From: a virus
Length of the DNA stretch: 47,797 nt
Reading direction: 5' to 3' (one strand)
IMG/VR virus record: IMGVR_UViG_3300045391_004734
Location: 1-47,797 of that record
In this document: positions 8,681-18,634 of the stretch, one piece after another
Layout: each line of letters starts with the position of its first letter
Position numbering within the stretch: position 1 is the stretch's first letter
Program-made: the position numbers and the translations under genes
The notes under the pieces: generated by a model
Told to the model about the DNA's origin: nothing
The model's database searches: none
The model's input: the letters and a program-made list of their open reading frames with translations, nothing else

Positions 8681-10417
8681 ATGGGTGTTTCGGCAACCAG
8701 TATCGTTCAAATATGGGATACAGGGGCTACCACTAACGGTGGTGGCTTTGATTCTACTATTGCGAACGCTGGCACTGATTACTCGAAACAAACTAGTGCT
8801 CAGGCTGCTCTTACAGGATTGACCTCGGCAGGAGCTGGAAACGTCTTACTGTGTGGTACTGCAAACACTGCTTGGATTGGCAATTGGATATGCATGACCG
8901 GTGGGACCAACGTTAACCAAGGTTTCTATCAAATTACTGGAGCAACTGCCAACACAGATATAACCCTTTCCACTCGTAAAGACGGCACAAGTGTAGCAAG
9001 CGGAGTTGTCGCAAGTGGGACCGGAAACGTTGGCGGAGCCTTTAAGCTCGGAGCTACATCAGCAAATCGCACTGACGATGACTTCTTCGAAGCCGCTTCA
9101 AACTCTGGCGGAGCAATCTATTATATTAAAGGATCTCACACCACAGGCGGAGCAATTTCCATAGCAGCCACAGGAACAGCTACTGCGAAAAATATGGTAG
9201 TAGGATTTAGTTCCACCAATGGCGATAACCCAAGTATAGCCTCAGGAAATCAACCAAGTATTAACTGCGGAGCTAACGCCCTCGTTTTTGGAACTCATTG
9301 GGAAGTTGCATATTGTACTATTACTGGCACAGCAGCAGCTATGACGACAATGGGAGGAAACTGTAAAGTAACCTCATGTAAATTAAGTAATACTTCTGGA
9401 ACAGCTAACCGTACTGCAATTACACTCGGTAACGTTTCAAGTTTAATTATAGGTTGTGATCTTGCTTCAACAAACGGTTACGCAGCCGCGTTCCCAAACG
9501 CTAACGTTCACACATTTATAGGTTGCAGAATTCACGACTCCGTAAGCGGCATTCGTCCTAGTGCTGCTTTCTCTGGAAATTTAATTGTAAATAAAAATAT
9601 AATCTCGGGATGTTCTACTGCTGGCATTGATTTGTCGGCTGGTGCTTTTACGGGTCAAGCAATGATTAGTGGGAACACTCTTTATGGTGCATCCACTCCT
9701 GCAGGTATTGGCTTATCATTTGCCGCAAGCTCTGGTGGTATAAATCTAATTTCAAATATTATCGCAAATTGGACTACTGGTGTAAGTGGGGCTGGCGCTA
9801 TCACAGCCCAATGGTCTTTAAACAACAATTTCTCTGGAAACACTACCGACCGAACTAATTGGAGCTCCGGCACGGGGGATATTGCATTAGCCCCATCATT
9901 TACAAATGCAGGTGCTGGGGATTTTTCTACCGGAACCAATATGCAACAAGTAGGAGGTCTTGGTTCAAGCTTTCCTGCTGGCTTAACTCCTACGTATGAG
10001 GACATTGGAGCTTCACGATCTAACTATGCCGGATGGTTTACAGACGTAGATCTTTCTAAAATAGATTCTGCATACTCATTCAAATATAACACCTTAGGGT
10101 CTAATAATAGAACTGGAACAGCTACGATACCTTCTCTTACTGACACAAAAACTGGTGTTGCTGGTTATGGTGGAACTGGAACCTACGACGGCTCTGATCG
10201 CTGGACAAGTATTCCTGCTGGGAAAGTACTGGTATCTCAAGGAGCCTATAAGGCTAATTCCACAAGTAACAACGTCACTCCAACTTACGACGATACTAAT
10301 CTAGTTAACTCGAATGTTAAAAGCGGCGTCACTTATGGGGTGACTGGAGTTGGTTCTTACACAGCCACAGGTGGCTCTTCTGCTTCCGCAGGTGTTGGAA
10401 AGATGCGGGTAAACTAA
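8681..10417 (+). CDS. tailspike-like protein with parallel beta-helix repeats
   Basis: 578 aa Gly/Thr/Asn-rich; recurring turns such as NKNIISGCSTAGIDLS, ISGNTLYGAS, ISNIIANW. Confidence 0.6.
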   Translation: MGVSATSIVQIWDTGATTNGGGFDSTIANAGTDYSKQTSAQAALTGLTSAGAGNVLLCGTANTAWIGNWICMTGGTNVNQGFYQITGATANTDITLSTRKDGTSVASGVVASGTGNVGGAFKLGATSANRTDDDFFEAASNSGGAIYYIKGSHTTGGAISIAATGTATAKNMVVGFSSTNGDNPSIASGNQPSINCGANALVFGTHWEVAYCTITGTAAAMTTMGGNCKVTSCKLSNTSGTANRTAITLGNVSSLIIGCDLASTNGYAAAFPNANVHTFIGCRIHDSVSGIRPSAAFSGNLIVNKNIISGCSTAGIDLSAGAFTGQAMISGNTLYGASTPAGIGLSFAASSGGINLISNIIANWTTGVSGAGAITAQWSLNNNFSGNTTDRTNWSSGTGDIALAPSFTNAGAGDFSTGTNMQQVGGLGSSFPAGLTPTYEDIGASRSNYAGWFTDVDLSKIDSAYSFKYNTLGSNNRTGTATIPSLTDTKTGVAGYGGTGTYDGSDRWTSIPAGKVLVSQGAYKANSTSNNVTPTYDDTNLVNSNVKSGVTYGVTGVGSYTATGGSSASAGVGKMRVN

Positions 10418-11976
10418 TGCGCAAGACTCAATTCTTAAACCTCATGCCTTGGGATGGTGGACTTAGCACTGCTGTTGATGAAGGATTTAGTGACCCTAAC
10501 ACACTACGCATTGCAGATAACGTTGTCTTCTCTACCGGAGGACAGCGGGAGAAAAGACAAGGCGGAAGTTATTTTGATTCTTCATCTATTGGTGCTGTTG
10601 ATGTCCTGGACATTCGGGATTATTGGCGTACAGATGCTTCAAATAATAAGCAACAATTACTTCTATCTTATACCAGTGGAAAAAAACTTTATAAGTATGA
10701 TTCCGGCGGTGTTCGTACGGAGATCACAGGGACTGGTGGACCGAGCGGTACCGTAACAACGGTAACTTCTGCTTGTATGAATGAACTCGCTATTTTCTTT
10801 TTTAATGGAAGTACCAATACGCCCATAAAATATAATCCAGATTCTGCTTCCACCTACGCAGCTCTTGGTGGCTCACCACCGGCTGCTACCTTTGGTACTG
10901 AATGGCTTGGCAGACTTTTCTGTAACGACCAAACAGATCCTGATCTTCTTCACTACTGTACTACAGGGAATCCAGAAGAATGGGGAGGCGTAGGAGATTC
11001 TGGTGCTATTCCTATTGGAACTGGCGATGGTGATGAAGGCGGTATTATTGGAGCTATACCTTTTAAAGGTATGCTCTTTGTCTTTAAAAAATCCAAAATA
11101 TATCGCATCAGCGGCTACGCACCTGAAGAATGGATTGTTGAACCCGTCTCCTACTCCATCGGATTGGTAGGACCTAAAGCTCTTTGTGCAATAGGTGATC
11201 AGGATATAGTTTTCGTCTCACGACGTGGAATTCATTCTTTATCCGCCACACAAAACTATGGAGATGTTGAATCCAAGTATTTAAGTTCTGCCATTCAACC
11301 CACTTTCAACACAGACTGGTCTCGCTCAAGACTTAGTTATGTAAGTGCTTGTCACGTTGAAAGCCTAAACTCTGTTGCTTTCGCTATGACCGCTACTGGT
11401 GATAGTGCAAATAATGATCTGTATCTTTATAACTACAACGTCGGTCGTTGGTATCGTTGGCCTGATCTTTCCTGCCAATCACTCTCTACCCGTGACACAG
11501 GTACTTTTAGGAAGCTTGTGCTTGGCACTAGCGCTGGCCGGGTTATCCAGATGCAAAATGGTACCTACACCGATTTTGGCACCACTGGGATCACATATCG
11601 GCTTAAGACCCCTACCCTGTATCCAGGTAATGATATAACGCGTTTAAAAGGCTTTTACCGGCTTTATTTGTACTATAAGCCACTTAATACCTTCACCATT
11701 ACGGTAACGGTCCAAATTGACAAGCAAGACACTCAGAGCTTTACGTTTTCTAACAACGGTTCCGGGGATGCCCTTGGTACCACGTTTGTCCTTGGGACCT
11801 CATTACTGGGGATATCTGGTATAATAGAACCATTCAACGCCCCTATTGAGGGTCGTGGGAGAGGAATTACCGTTGAGATCACTCAATCGGGAACGAATGA
11901 ACAAGTCACCATTTATGCACTCCAAATAGAATACGAAGACGCGGAATTCAACGATAACACCACTCAAAGTGAGTAA
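10417..11976 (+). CDS. virion structural protein (519 aa)
   Basis: TAATG coupling to the upstream gene; large ORF in the tail module. Confidence 0.6.
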   Translation: MRKTQFLNLMPWDGGLSTAVDEGFSDPNTLRIADNVVFSTGGQREKRQGGSYFDSSSIGAVDVLDIRDYWRTDASNNKQQLLLSYTSGKKLYKYDSGGVRTEITGTGGPSGTVTTVTSACMNELAIFFFNGSTNTPIKYNPDSASTYAALGGSPPAATFGTEWLGRLFCNDQTDPDLLHYCTTGNPEEWGGVGDSGAIPIGTGDGDEGGIIGAIPFKGMLFVFKKSKIYRISGYAPEEWIVEPVSYSIGLVGPKALCAIGDQDIVFVSRRGIHSLSATQNYGDVESKYLSSAIQPTFNTDWSRSRLSYVSACHVESLNSVAFAMTATGDSANNDLYLYNYNVGRWYRWPDLSCQSLSTRDTGTFRKLVLGTSAGRVIQMQNGTYTDFGTTGITYRLKTPTLYPGNDITRLKGFYRLYLYYKPLNTFTITVTVQIDKQDTQSFTFSNNGSGDALGTTFVLGTSLLGISGIIEPFNAPIEGRGRGITVEITQSGTNEQVTIYALQIEYEDAEFNDNTTQSE

Positions 11977-11977
11977 G

Positions 11978-11993
11978 GGTATATTAATATACT
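11978..11993. promoter_or_regulatory. palindrome GGTATATTAATATACT (perfect 14-mer core GTATATTAATATAC)
   Basis: read directly; ends 1 nt before ATG 11994. Confidence 0.6.
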
Positions 11994-12797
11994 ATGGCCT
12001 CAATTTCAATAACCAAAACATATGATACAGGAATAGTTCTTACTGAAGCTGACCTAGATAATATTATATCTAGTGTCGAAACTTTCATTAATACAACGAA
12101 GATCAATGATGATAATATTCAAACCGCTGGGATCACCGGCTCTTCAAAGCTTATTGATGGAACCGTTACAACTGCAAAACTTGCAACGGATGCAGTAACA
12201 ACGGTCAAAATAACAGATCTTAACGTCACAACAGGGAAGATCAATGACCTTGCTGTCACTGCCGGAAAGATAGCTGCTGATGCAGTTATTACAGCAAAAA
12301 TTCTTGATGCGAATGTTACTACTGCGAAGATTGCAGATCTGGGCGTCACCACTGCAAAAATAGATGATCTTGCAGTTACTACTGCAAAAATAGCCGCAGC
12401 CAACGTGACTCGTGCTAAGCTAGCAGCTCTCGGTCAGCAAGTATCAAGTTCTTCAGGCTCCACCACTCCGACAAGTACAGGAGATATTCCAAATTGTAGT
12501 GTTACTATCACCACCACAGGACGCCCAGTTCTCCTATTTCTCCAACCTGACGGCTCCGGCAAAGCAAATATGTTAAATGACGTAGGTGGTTCAAGCATTC
12601 AATACAAGCGCGACGGATCGGCTATTGCTGACTTTGGTATCTATGGTTACGGGGCAAATAGCAGTACGAAGGGATTCCATCAATGTGTTTTCCTGGATGT
12701 CGTCTCCGCTGGTACTTACACCTATAAAGCAACATATGTCCATTCTTCCGGTAACGGTTTTATTGATTACGTAAAGTTGGTGGCTTATGAACTCTAA
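11994..12797 (+). CDS. tail fiber-like protein with 10-aa tandem repeats
   Basis: 267 aa; about nine xVTTAKIxDL units; C-terminal beta-rich domain. Confidence 0.65.
   Translation: MASISITKTYDTGIVLTEADLDNIISSVETFINTTKINDDNIQTAGITGSSKLIDGTVTTAKLATDAVTTVKITDLNVTTGKINDLAVTAGKIAADAVITAKILDANVTTAKIADLGVTTAKIDDLAVTTAKIAAANVTRAKLAALGQQVSSSSGSTTPTSTGDIPNCSVTITTTGRPVLLFLQPDGSGKANMLNDVGGSSIQYKRDGSAIADFGIYGYGANSSTKGFHQCVFLDVVSAGTYTYKATYVHSSGNGFIDYVKLVAYEL
12156..12431 (+). repeat. in-frame 30-nt (10-aa) tandem repeat array inside the fiber gene
   Basis: NVTTAKIADL / GVTTAKIDDL / AVTTAKIAAA / NVTRAKLAAL etc; boundaries approximate. Confidence 0.8.
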
Positions 12798-13170
12798 AGC
12801 TCGCCGTATTACACCAGTCGATTATGAACACATAGCTCCTTGGTGGACTGGCCATGACCAAGTAACTGTCCCTCCAGATTACTTAAGTAATGTAGGCTTT
12901 ATCGTTGAAGGTATTCTAGCTCTTTGGGTGTTCAAAGTGACATCGTCTTTATATATGTTGGAATGTTTAATTTCGAATCCTGGAAGTACAACTCCAGAAC
13001 GTGATGAAGCCTTTAAAGAAATAATGAAAAGTGTAATGGAGTATACCCGAGAAGCAGGTGGAAAGGCCCTTGTTGTTCTCACAAATCACCCCAAAGTTAT
13101 TAGTAATTTTAAATCCCAAGATTTCACAGTAGCTGAAACTGGGCTCACTCAATTAGTAGGAGCTGTTTAG
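12787..13170 (+). CDS. hypothetical protein (127 aa)
   Basis: 11-nt overlap with the upstream gene; continuous ORF. Confidence 0.55.
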   Translation: MNSKARRITPVDYEHIAPWWTGHDQVTVPPDYLSNVGFIVEGILALWVFKVTSSLYMLECLISNPGSTTPERDEAFKEIMKSVMEYTREAGGKALVVLTNHPKVISNFKSQDFTVAETGLTQLVGAV

Positions 13171-13171
13171 T

Positions 13172-14071
13172 ATGGCGTGGATACCTATAGCTGCAGCAGT
13201 TGCTGGAGCAGTCACAGGAGGATTAGGAAAAAACCAATCTTCCTCCACCGGCCTTCAGATGGTAGATCCCAGTGAGTTAGAAAAAAATGCTGGCTCTAAT
13301 ATATTAGATCTTTTTAATAATCTACAAAAGCGTTTAGCAAATAATCCTAATGAGGCTTCACAGCAAACACTTGATCAGAATGCAAACCAAGCAACTGACC
13401 AATACGCTAATCTCTTACAGATGCTTACGAAAAGCGGTGGTGTCCCTTCACAGGAAGATACTCAAGCAGCAAACCAGTATGCAGCTCAGGCTTTTCAAGG
13501 ACAGCAGACAGCGCTTGATCAAAGTTTCTCTGATCAGCAAAGACAGATGCAGAGAACGGCTGCGCAAATGGGAAGAAGTGTTGGTGATCCAATTCTTCGC
13601 GCCAAGTTAGCGCAAGAGAAAATTCGACAACAAGCACAGCTTTCTTCTAACCAGGGGTCATTTGCTTCTCAGTATGCTCAAGGGCTTGGTCAACAAAGAC
13701 TAGGTGGGGCTGAGGCTCTTATGGGTCTACGTCAGGGATTGGCTTCCCAGGCGATTCAAAATCGTATGACGCTTTTAAATCTTGGAAGTCAGTTACAAGC
13801 TAACGAACGTAATTTCCGAATCCAAACAGCTACGCGAAATACACAGGGCTCTGAAGGCGGCGGTTTAGGTGGAGCGATTAGTGGAGGTTTGGCAGGTCTT
13901 GGCGGGGGTTTGGGTGCAATGAGCATGATTAACCAGGGTGGTGGTTGGGATAAATTCTTTAGCATGAGTGGAAACTCGGGTGGAGGAGTTATGCCTGGGG
14001 GAACCTCCGGCGGCGTTGGCTATGGTTATGTAAATCCGTTTTACATGAGTCCTGGAAGACCAGTACGGTAA
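13172..14071 (+). CDS. internal virion protein candidate (Gln-rich, Gly-rich C-terminus)
   Basis: N-terminal hydrophobic segment MAWIPIAAAVAGAVTGGLG, Q-rich middle, GGLGG-type tail. Confidence 0.55.
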   Translation: MAWIPIAAAVAGAVTGGLGKNQSSSTGLQMVDPSELEKNAGSNILDLFNNLQKRLANNPNEASQQTLDQNANQATDQYANLLQMLTKSGGVPSQEDTQAANQYAAQAFQGQQTALDQSFSDQQRQMQRTAAQMGRSVGDPILRAKLAQEKIRQQAQLSSNQGSFASQYAQGLGQQRLGGAEALMGLRQGLASQAIQNRMTLLNLGSQLQANERNFRIQTATRNTQGSEGGGLGGAISGGLAGLGGGLGAMSMINQGGGWDKFFSMSGNSGGGVMPGGTSGGVGYGYVNPFYMSPGRPVR

Positions 14072-14083
14072 GGAGATTAATAT

Positions 14084-15055
14084 ATGGCACTAGACGAATT
14101 ATTACAGGGACTACAAGCTTTCCATCAAGGGCTTCAAGAAGTCGCACAACAAAATGCAATCAACGATGCTCAAAGCCAAGTAGCACAAATAAAGCAACAA
14201 GGTCTAAACGATCAAAAACAAATGCAAGCTATGAGTGGAGTAGCTGGTGAACTAACACAACGCCTTGCCGGGCTTGGCATGAGTGCTGCTGCTATTCAAC
14301 AAGTAGGACAAAGCTTGGGACCTACTCCTGATCAGTTAATGAATAACCAGCTTCAACAACAGCATTTACAACAACAAGACACACTCACTCGTCTTCATTA
14401 TCAAACGATGAAAGAGATGAATGCAGCTAACAATCAAACCAAACTTCAAATAGGTAAGAGCAAAGCTAGTGGCGATATGAATAAAGATATTACTAAAGCT
14501 GTCACTGACTTTAATGGAAAATATACAAAAGGACTTAAAGAACAACTTGGAGTTTTGGATCAAGGCATGAAGTTAGTTGACGAAGCTCAGTATAACCCGG
14601 CTGCTGGTGGTACGGTTCCAGAGAAGGTAATTACTGGTATCACTGGGTTGAAACGTCTTAATGAAAACGAGATTAAACTAGCAGGTGGTGATCCTTCTAT
14701 AGCTGGAGAATTTAATCGTTTACTAGAGAAAAAAACCAAAGGAACTCTTGACCAGGCTGATGCCCAAAACCTCATTAAGACGATGGCCCTTGTCCGCCAA
14801 CAAGTACTTTCAAGCATCAACGATGAAGCGAAAGGATTGAGTCTTCAATTAAATCAAGCATACCCAAATATGCCCGTTGAGCAATTGTACTCTAGATTTT
14901 TGCCAAAAGGACATCCCCATCGTTTGGAAGGTGAGTCACAATACTTCGGTGCTCCAGTAGAGAAACCACCTCAAGGCTCAGGGACTGTCATGGCTCCGGT
15001 AAATGCTAATCAACCCCCAGCTCTTCCATCATGGGCTCGCAATTTAGGTGAATAA
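14084..15055 (+). CDS. virion protein (323 aa, Gln-rich/coiled)
   Basis: RBS AGGAG + AT spacer; structural operon. Confidence 0.6.
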   Translation: MALDELLQGLQAFHQGLQEVAQQNAINDAQSQVAQIKQQGLNDQKQMQAMSGVAGELTQRLAGLGMSAAAIQQVGQSLGPTPDQLMNNQLQQQHLQQQDTLTRLHYQTMKEMNAANNQTKLQIGKSKASGDMNKDITKAVTDFNGKYTKGLKEQLGVLDQGMKLVDEAQYNPAAGGTVPEKVITGITGLKRLNENEIKLAGGDPSIAGEFNRLLEKKTKGTLDQADAQNLIKTMALVRQQVLSSINDEAKGLSLQLNQAYPNMPVEQLYSRFLPKGHPHRLEGESQYFGAPVEKPPQGSGTVMAPVNANQPPALPSWARNLGE

Positions 15056-17100
15056 TGACTGACGAACAACCCATACCAGAAGGCTTACGCCTCGAGCTCC
15101 CTCAACCGGAGCACGAAATAAGTATTCCAGACTTCGCTGCTAGTCTAGGCGGTAAGGTTGTTGATCGCTCTGAAACTGGCAATCCAATTATCAAAGATAA
15201 GTGGGGACGAACTATTGAAGTTAACCCCACTGAAATGGCTAAAGGTGTTGGCTTTGATTTTGCTAAAACAAAAGTTATTTACAATAACGCCGACCAGCCT
15301 TTAGACGAAAATGCCTTAAGTTTTGATGCTGGTTACAAAATGGCAATGGCCGAAACGCCAAAGAATCAACTCCGATTTCTTCAAGGAGTCTATGGAGAAA
15401 ATAACGTTAAGCAGATTGGTCAACAGGATTTTGCTATTAAAGATGGTAACTACTGGAAGAAGGCATATCCTGGTTTCCTATCCTCAATGAAAGCAGACTC
15501 GCAGCCTATTCAAGGAGGTGTTGGTGGTGCTATGATGGGTAGTTTGATTCCAATACCTGGTGCCTCTCTTTTTGGAATGTCTGCTGGAGCTGTTGCCGGT
15601 AAAATGCAAAAGATTGAAGATGCAATTCAAATGGGTCTTCAAACGGAACAAGACGCTAAAGATTTTAAAGAACACCTTGGACAAGAGTTCGGTGGTGAAG
15701 TTGTTAAAAATGCATTGACTATGGGACTACTTAAAGTTGGAGGAATGGCACTTAATAAGGCTAGCTCTACTGTTGCGGGTTATATTGATAAAGATGCAAT
15801 AGCCACGTGGATGAAGGATAAACTTCCTGCTGTTCCTTATGAAGATTGGCGTACACTTCTTGATTCCTCAGAGTCTCTAAAGTCTGTTCAAGGCTATATG
15901 AAACAATCGCTTAATTGGTTTAAAGATAGAGCTGCTGGAGATGTTTCTGGGGTTGATCCGGTAAGACAAGCTGGTATTGATCTTATTAAAGGCGTTGTAG
16001 AAGATAGTGAGCGATCAGCCTCAGCTTCTTACGGCGCTCGTCAAGAAATCTTAAAGCCAGTCCTAGAAAAACTTCAAACCTCAACTCAGCCCGTGAAGCA
16101 AATCTTAGCAGATACTTTCAAGGAGTTCGGAACGACAATTGATGGTGAAGCGATGCCTGAGCTTGATCAAATTTTTAACAAAAATGCTAGAGGTGCTTTA
16201 CAAAAACTTTGGAAGTTATCGCAAGACGCTACTTCAGGAGAAACTGTTTCTTGGCAAGGACTACAAAATACACTTCGACAAGTGGACTCCATTGTGAAGG
16301 CATCTGGCGGTTGGCAAGGTGGAACTAAGGAATTAGCCCTCCGTGATTCTGTTGTTGGAGCTCTAGAGAACATGCGTGGGAAAATTAGTGCACAACTTTC
16401 AAATGCAATTAATCCACTTGAAACAGTGGTTAATGAAAAAGGTGATGAAGTATTAGCTCGTGATTTATTCTCAACAATGCAGGGATCATGGCATAACTTC
16501 AGAAAAGCAACAGACAAGTTTCTTCCTGTTTTAAAATATGGTGATGATGCCACAGTAAATAAAGTTATGATGAAAATGTTTGGTGAGTCTGGACAGTTCT
16601 TAGAACAGGGCTTTAAGAACATTGCTGAAGCTTCTGGGTCCGACGTTGAACAGCAGTTGTCTGAACTTAAGAATATAAGAGCTGCACTTAATATTGCAGG
16701 CACCTTTGCTAATAAAGCTAAAGACACCGTAGGTTATTCTAAAGGAATGTTCAATTCCGTTACTAAAATGGTTGAAAATATGAAGTCAACACCAATTGAT
16801 TATGTTGAGGGTCAGAACTGGGGTTCAAAACTATCTACTCTTGTAAGAGCTAGTGATAAAGTAGATTCCCTGAAGGCCGCCCCATTGTCTCAGCAAACCT
16901 TCACAAGCCTTCAAGCAATTGGAAAACAAATTCAGTATTTTAATTCTCTAGGTGGTCAGGATAAAGTTAGCCTTTTAACTAACCCAACGCTTCTTAGACA
17001 ATTCCTTGGAACTCCTGAAAAGGCTGTTCAAACGCTTCAGTCAACGAGCACGGCGCTGCAAGAGAAGATAAATCAAGTGCGAGGCGTTGGTGGAAAATAA
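15055..17100 (+). CDS. large internal virion/ejection protein candidate (681 aa)
   Basis: TAATG coupling; largest ORF at the end of the structural block. Confidence 0.55.
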   Translation: MTDEQPIPEGLRLELPQPEHEISIPDFAASLGGKVVDRSETGNPIIKDKWGRTIEVNPTEMAKGVGFDFAKTKVIYNNADQPLDENALSFDAGYKMAMAETPKNQLRFLQGVYGENNVKQIGQQDFAIKDGNYWKKAYPGFLSSMKADSQPIQGGVGGAMMGSLIPIPGASLFGMSAGAVAGKMQKIEDAIQMGLQTEQDAKDFKEHLGQEFGGEVVKNALTMGLLKVGGMALNKASSTVAGYIDKDAIATWMKDKLPAVPYEDWRTLLDSSESLKSVQGYMKQSLNWFKDRAAGDVSGVDPVRQAGIDLIKGVVEDSERSASASYGARQEILKPVLEKLQTSTQPVKQILADTFKEFGTTIDGEAMPELDQIFNKNARGALQKLWKLSQDATSGETVSWQGLQNTLRQVDSIVKASGGWQGGTKELALRDSVVGALENMRGKISAQLSNAINPLETVVNEKGDEVLARDLFSTMQGSWHNFRKATDKFLPVLKYGDDATVNKVMMKMFGESGQFLEQGFKNIAEASGSDVEQQLSELKNIRAALNIAGTFANKAKDTVGYSKGMFNSVTKMVENMKSTPIDYVEGQNWGSKLSTLVRASDKVDSLKAAPLSQQTFTSLQAIGKQIQYFNSLGGQDKVSLLTNPTLLRQFLGTPEKAVQTLQSTSTALQEKINQVRGVGGK

Positions 17101-17353
17101 CCTTCTCCCCCACATCATAGAAATGAAAGAGCGCCTAGCTCGCATTGAAGAAGGTGTTCAAAGAACTCTTGAGGACTCTGCGGAACATAAAGAGAAGATC
17201 CGTGATCTGGAACTCTCACACATGCAGTTCCATACTGAAATGAAAACAGAGCGTGAAATAACTCTACGCTCTGCAAAAGGCTACACTGTAATTTTAAGTG
17301 CTATTATCTCGGCTATTATCGGCGGGATTTTGAAGTACTTTGGAAACCACTGA
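17087..17353 (+). CDS. small membrane protein (C-terminal TM)
   Basis: TTG 17087 or GTG 17090 start; C-terminus VILSAIISAIIGGILKYF. Confidence 0.5.
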   Translation: MVENNLLPHIIEMKERLARIEEGVQRTLEDSAEHKEKIRDLELSHMQFHTEMKTEREITLRSAKGYTVILSAIISAIIGGILKYFGNH

Positions 17354-17705
17354 CTCTCTCAATCCACTCCATAAATGTTTTATAAGACTGCACATGCTTT
17401 GCGTAGTTGCATTGACTACAGCAAGGTACTGAGTTCTTAACTGTATACCCACGCCCCTGATTGCGTCTGTCCACTCCATTGTAGGTGAAAAAATCTAACC
17501 TTCTCCACTTCGGATCTACACTAGGACGTGAAGGAAATTTCTTCTTACGTGGACTTACTCCACAATAAAAACAATTAGACGTAACTAATGATCTAAATAT
17601 TTCTTCGGATAGTTTAAATGAACGCCCAGTCTTTCTAGCGTTACTTTTATAAGTTTGGTAAAGTTGTCTAAAAGCTGCCTCGCCTCGCGGGAGCCTCTTT
17701 CTCAA
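17316..17705 (-). CDS. HNH endonuclease (second copy)
   Basis: TTGA-coupled TTG start; CFYC..NGVDRRN..N..PCCSQCN matches the core of the 1692-2183 protein. Confidence 0.7.
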   Translation of the reverse strand: MRKRLPRGEAAFRQLYQTYKSNARKTGRSFKLSEEIFRSLVTSNCFYCGVSPRKKKFPSRPSVDPKWRRLDFFTYNGVDRRNQGRGYTVKNSVPCCSQCNYAKHVQSYKTFMEWIERVSGFQSTSKSRR

Positions 17706-18166
17706 GAATTAAGTATCTCAACCGTTTTCATATAGTCATCTTCACTCTTGTAGTACTCAATGACATTTGTCTCTTTTACGCGACAGAGTTTGTTCGCTGT
17801 TAAGCCCTCCAGCCCAGGAAAGGTCGACACTATATCAAGTGAAGTCTTAGGTAATAAAACAAGCATTCCTGGCTGGAGCTCACATGGCTCACGCTCATCA
17901 GTCTCAGCATCGTAGTAGCCAAGCCCTGAGTAAAGCACCACACCAAGAAAGAGTTGGTTGGCTTGTACCGAGTGAAGGCGTTGATCTGGATTTTGAGCCA
18001 GGATAATTCCACCCTTACTCTTCTTCATTCCATCGACCATTCCTACTTCATCAATAAGTTCAACGTACAATGAAGCTCCTTTAAGAATTAGCGGGCTTCC
18101 AGCCTCAGCTAGTTTTATGAAGCGATCTAGATATTCGCTCTTAAGCTTTTTTAACATGTCTTTCAT
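17702..18166 (-). CDS. GroES/gp31-like co-chaperonin candidate
   Basis: 154 aa; KSKGGIILA, GVVLYSGLGYY and PGMLVLL segments align by eye with the GroES pattern GGIVL..G.VLAVG.G..VGD.V. Confidence 0.45.
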   Translation of the reverse strand: MKDMLKKLKSEYLDRFIKLAEAGSPLILKGASLYVELIDEVGMVDGMKKSKGGIILAQNPDQRLHSVQANQLFLGVVLYSGLGYYDAETDEREPCELQPGMLVLLPKTSLDIVSTFPGLEGLTANKLCRVKETNVIEYYKSEDDYMKTVEILNS

Positions 18167-18398
18167 ACTTTCTGCGCTTAGCGCGGTTAATCCATTCTGG
18201 TTTTCCGGTAATAGGGTTAAGAAATATTGGGGGAGAACTTTGGTGACTAACGACCCAGTGACTTATGGCTTGCATCCATCCCTTGGCCCATTCGGGAAAC
18301 GCGTTGATTATAGCCACTGTGGGATCGACTGGTGTTTCAGAGCCGGGATTTTCTACAGGCTTTTCGCTTGCGCCCGGCGACACTGCTTCTTCATTCAT
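18141..18398 (-). CDS. hypothetical protein (85 aa)
   Basis: ATGA coupling with the upstream gene. Confidence 0.5.
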   Translation of the reverse strand: MNEEAVSPGASEKPVENPGSETPVDPTVAIINAFPEWAKGWMQAISHWVVSHQSSPPIFLNPITGKPEWINRAKRRKYERHVKKA

Positions 18399-18634
18399 GT
18401 TATTTTGTCCTCATAGGTGTCGTGCCACCCAAAGCTGCTGGCTATTGCTTTCGCGCAGAGACTGTTTAATTTGTGTTCCTCTTCTTGCGACATTGTTACT
18501 CCGGGCTTTACAGCGACTGCAATTATGCCCTCATCCCACTGCAAATCCTTACAGTACATTCGCCCGTTTGAAACTTTGTCGAGTAACATATCTAATGCCC
18601 GTTTAAGCATGAATTCATCTGCTACCTTACTCAT
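18395..18634 (-). CDS. hypothetical protein (79 aa from ATG 18634; the track gives TTG 18670)
   Basis: ATG 18634 forms an ATGA overlap with the stop of 18631-18897. Confidence 0.5.
   Translation of the reverse strand: MSKVADEFMLKRALDMLLDKVSNGRMYCKDLQWDEGIIAVAVKPGVTMSQEEEHKLNSLCAKAIASSFGWHDTYEDKIT

Noticed and set aside
12119-12403. 94-aa - strand ORF with IFAVVT repeats
   Set aside because: It is the mirror image of the in-frame 30-nt repeats of the fiber gene on the + strand.
5834-12797. Diversity-generating retroelement targeting the fiber genes
   Set aside because: No reverse transcriptase gene is present anywhere. I found no template/variable repeat pair with adenine-specific mismatches.
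16167-16727. 186-aa - strand ORF
   Set aside because: It lies entirely antisense within the 681-aa virion gene, with no RBS and no operon context.
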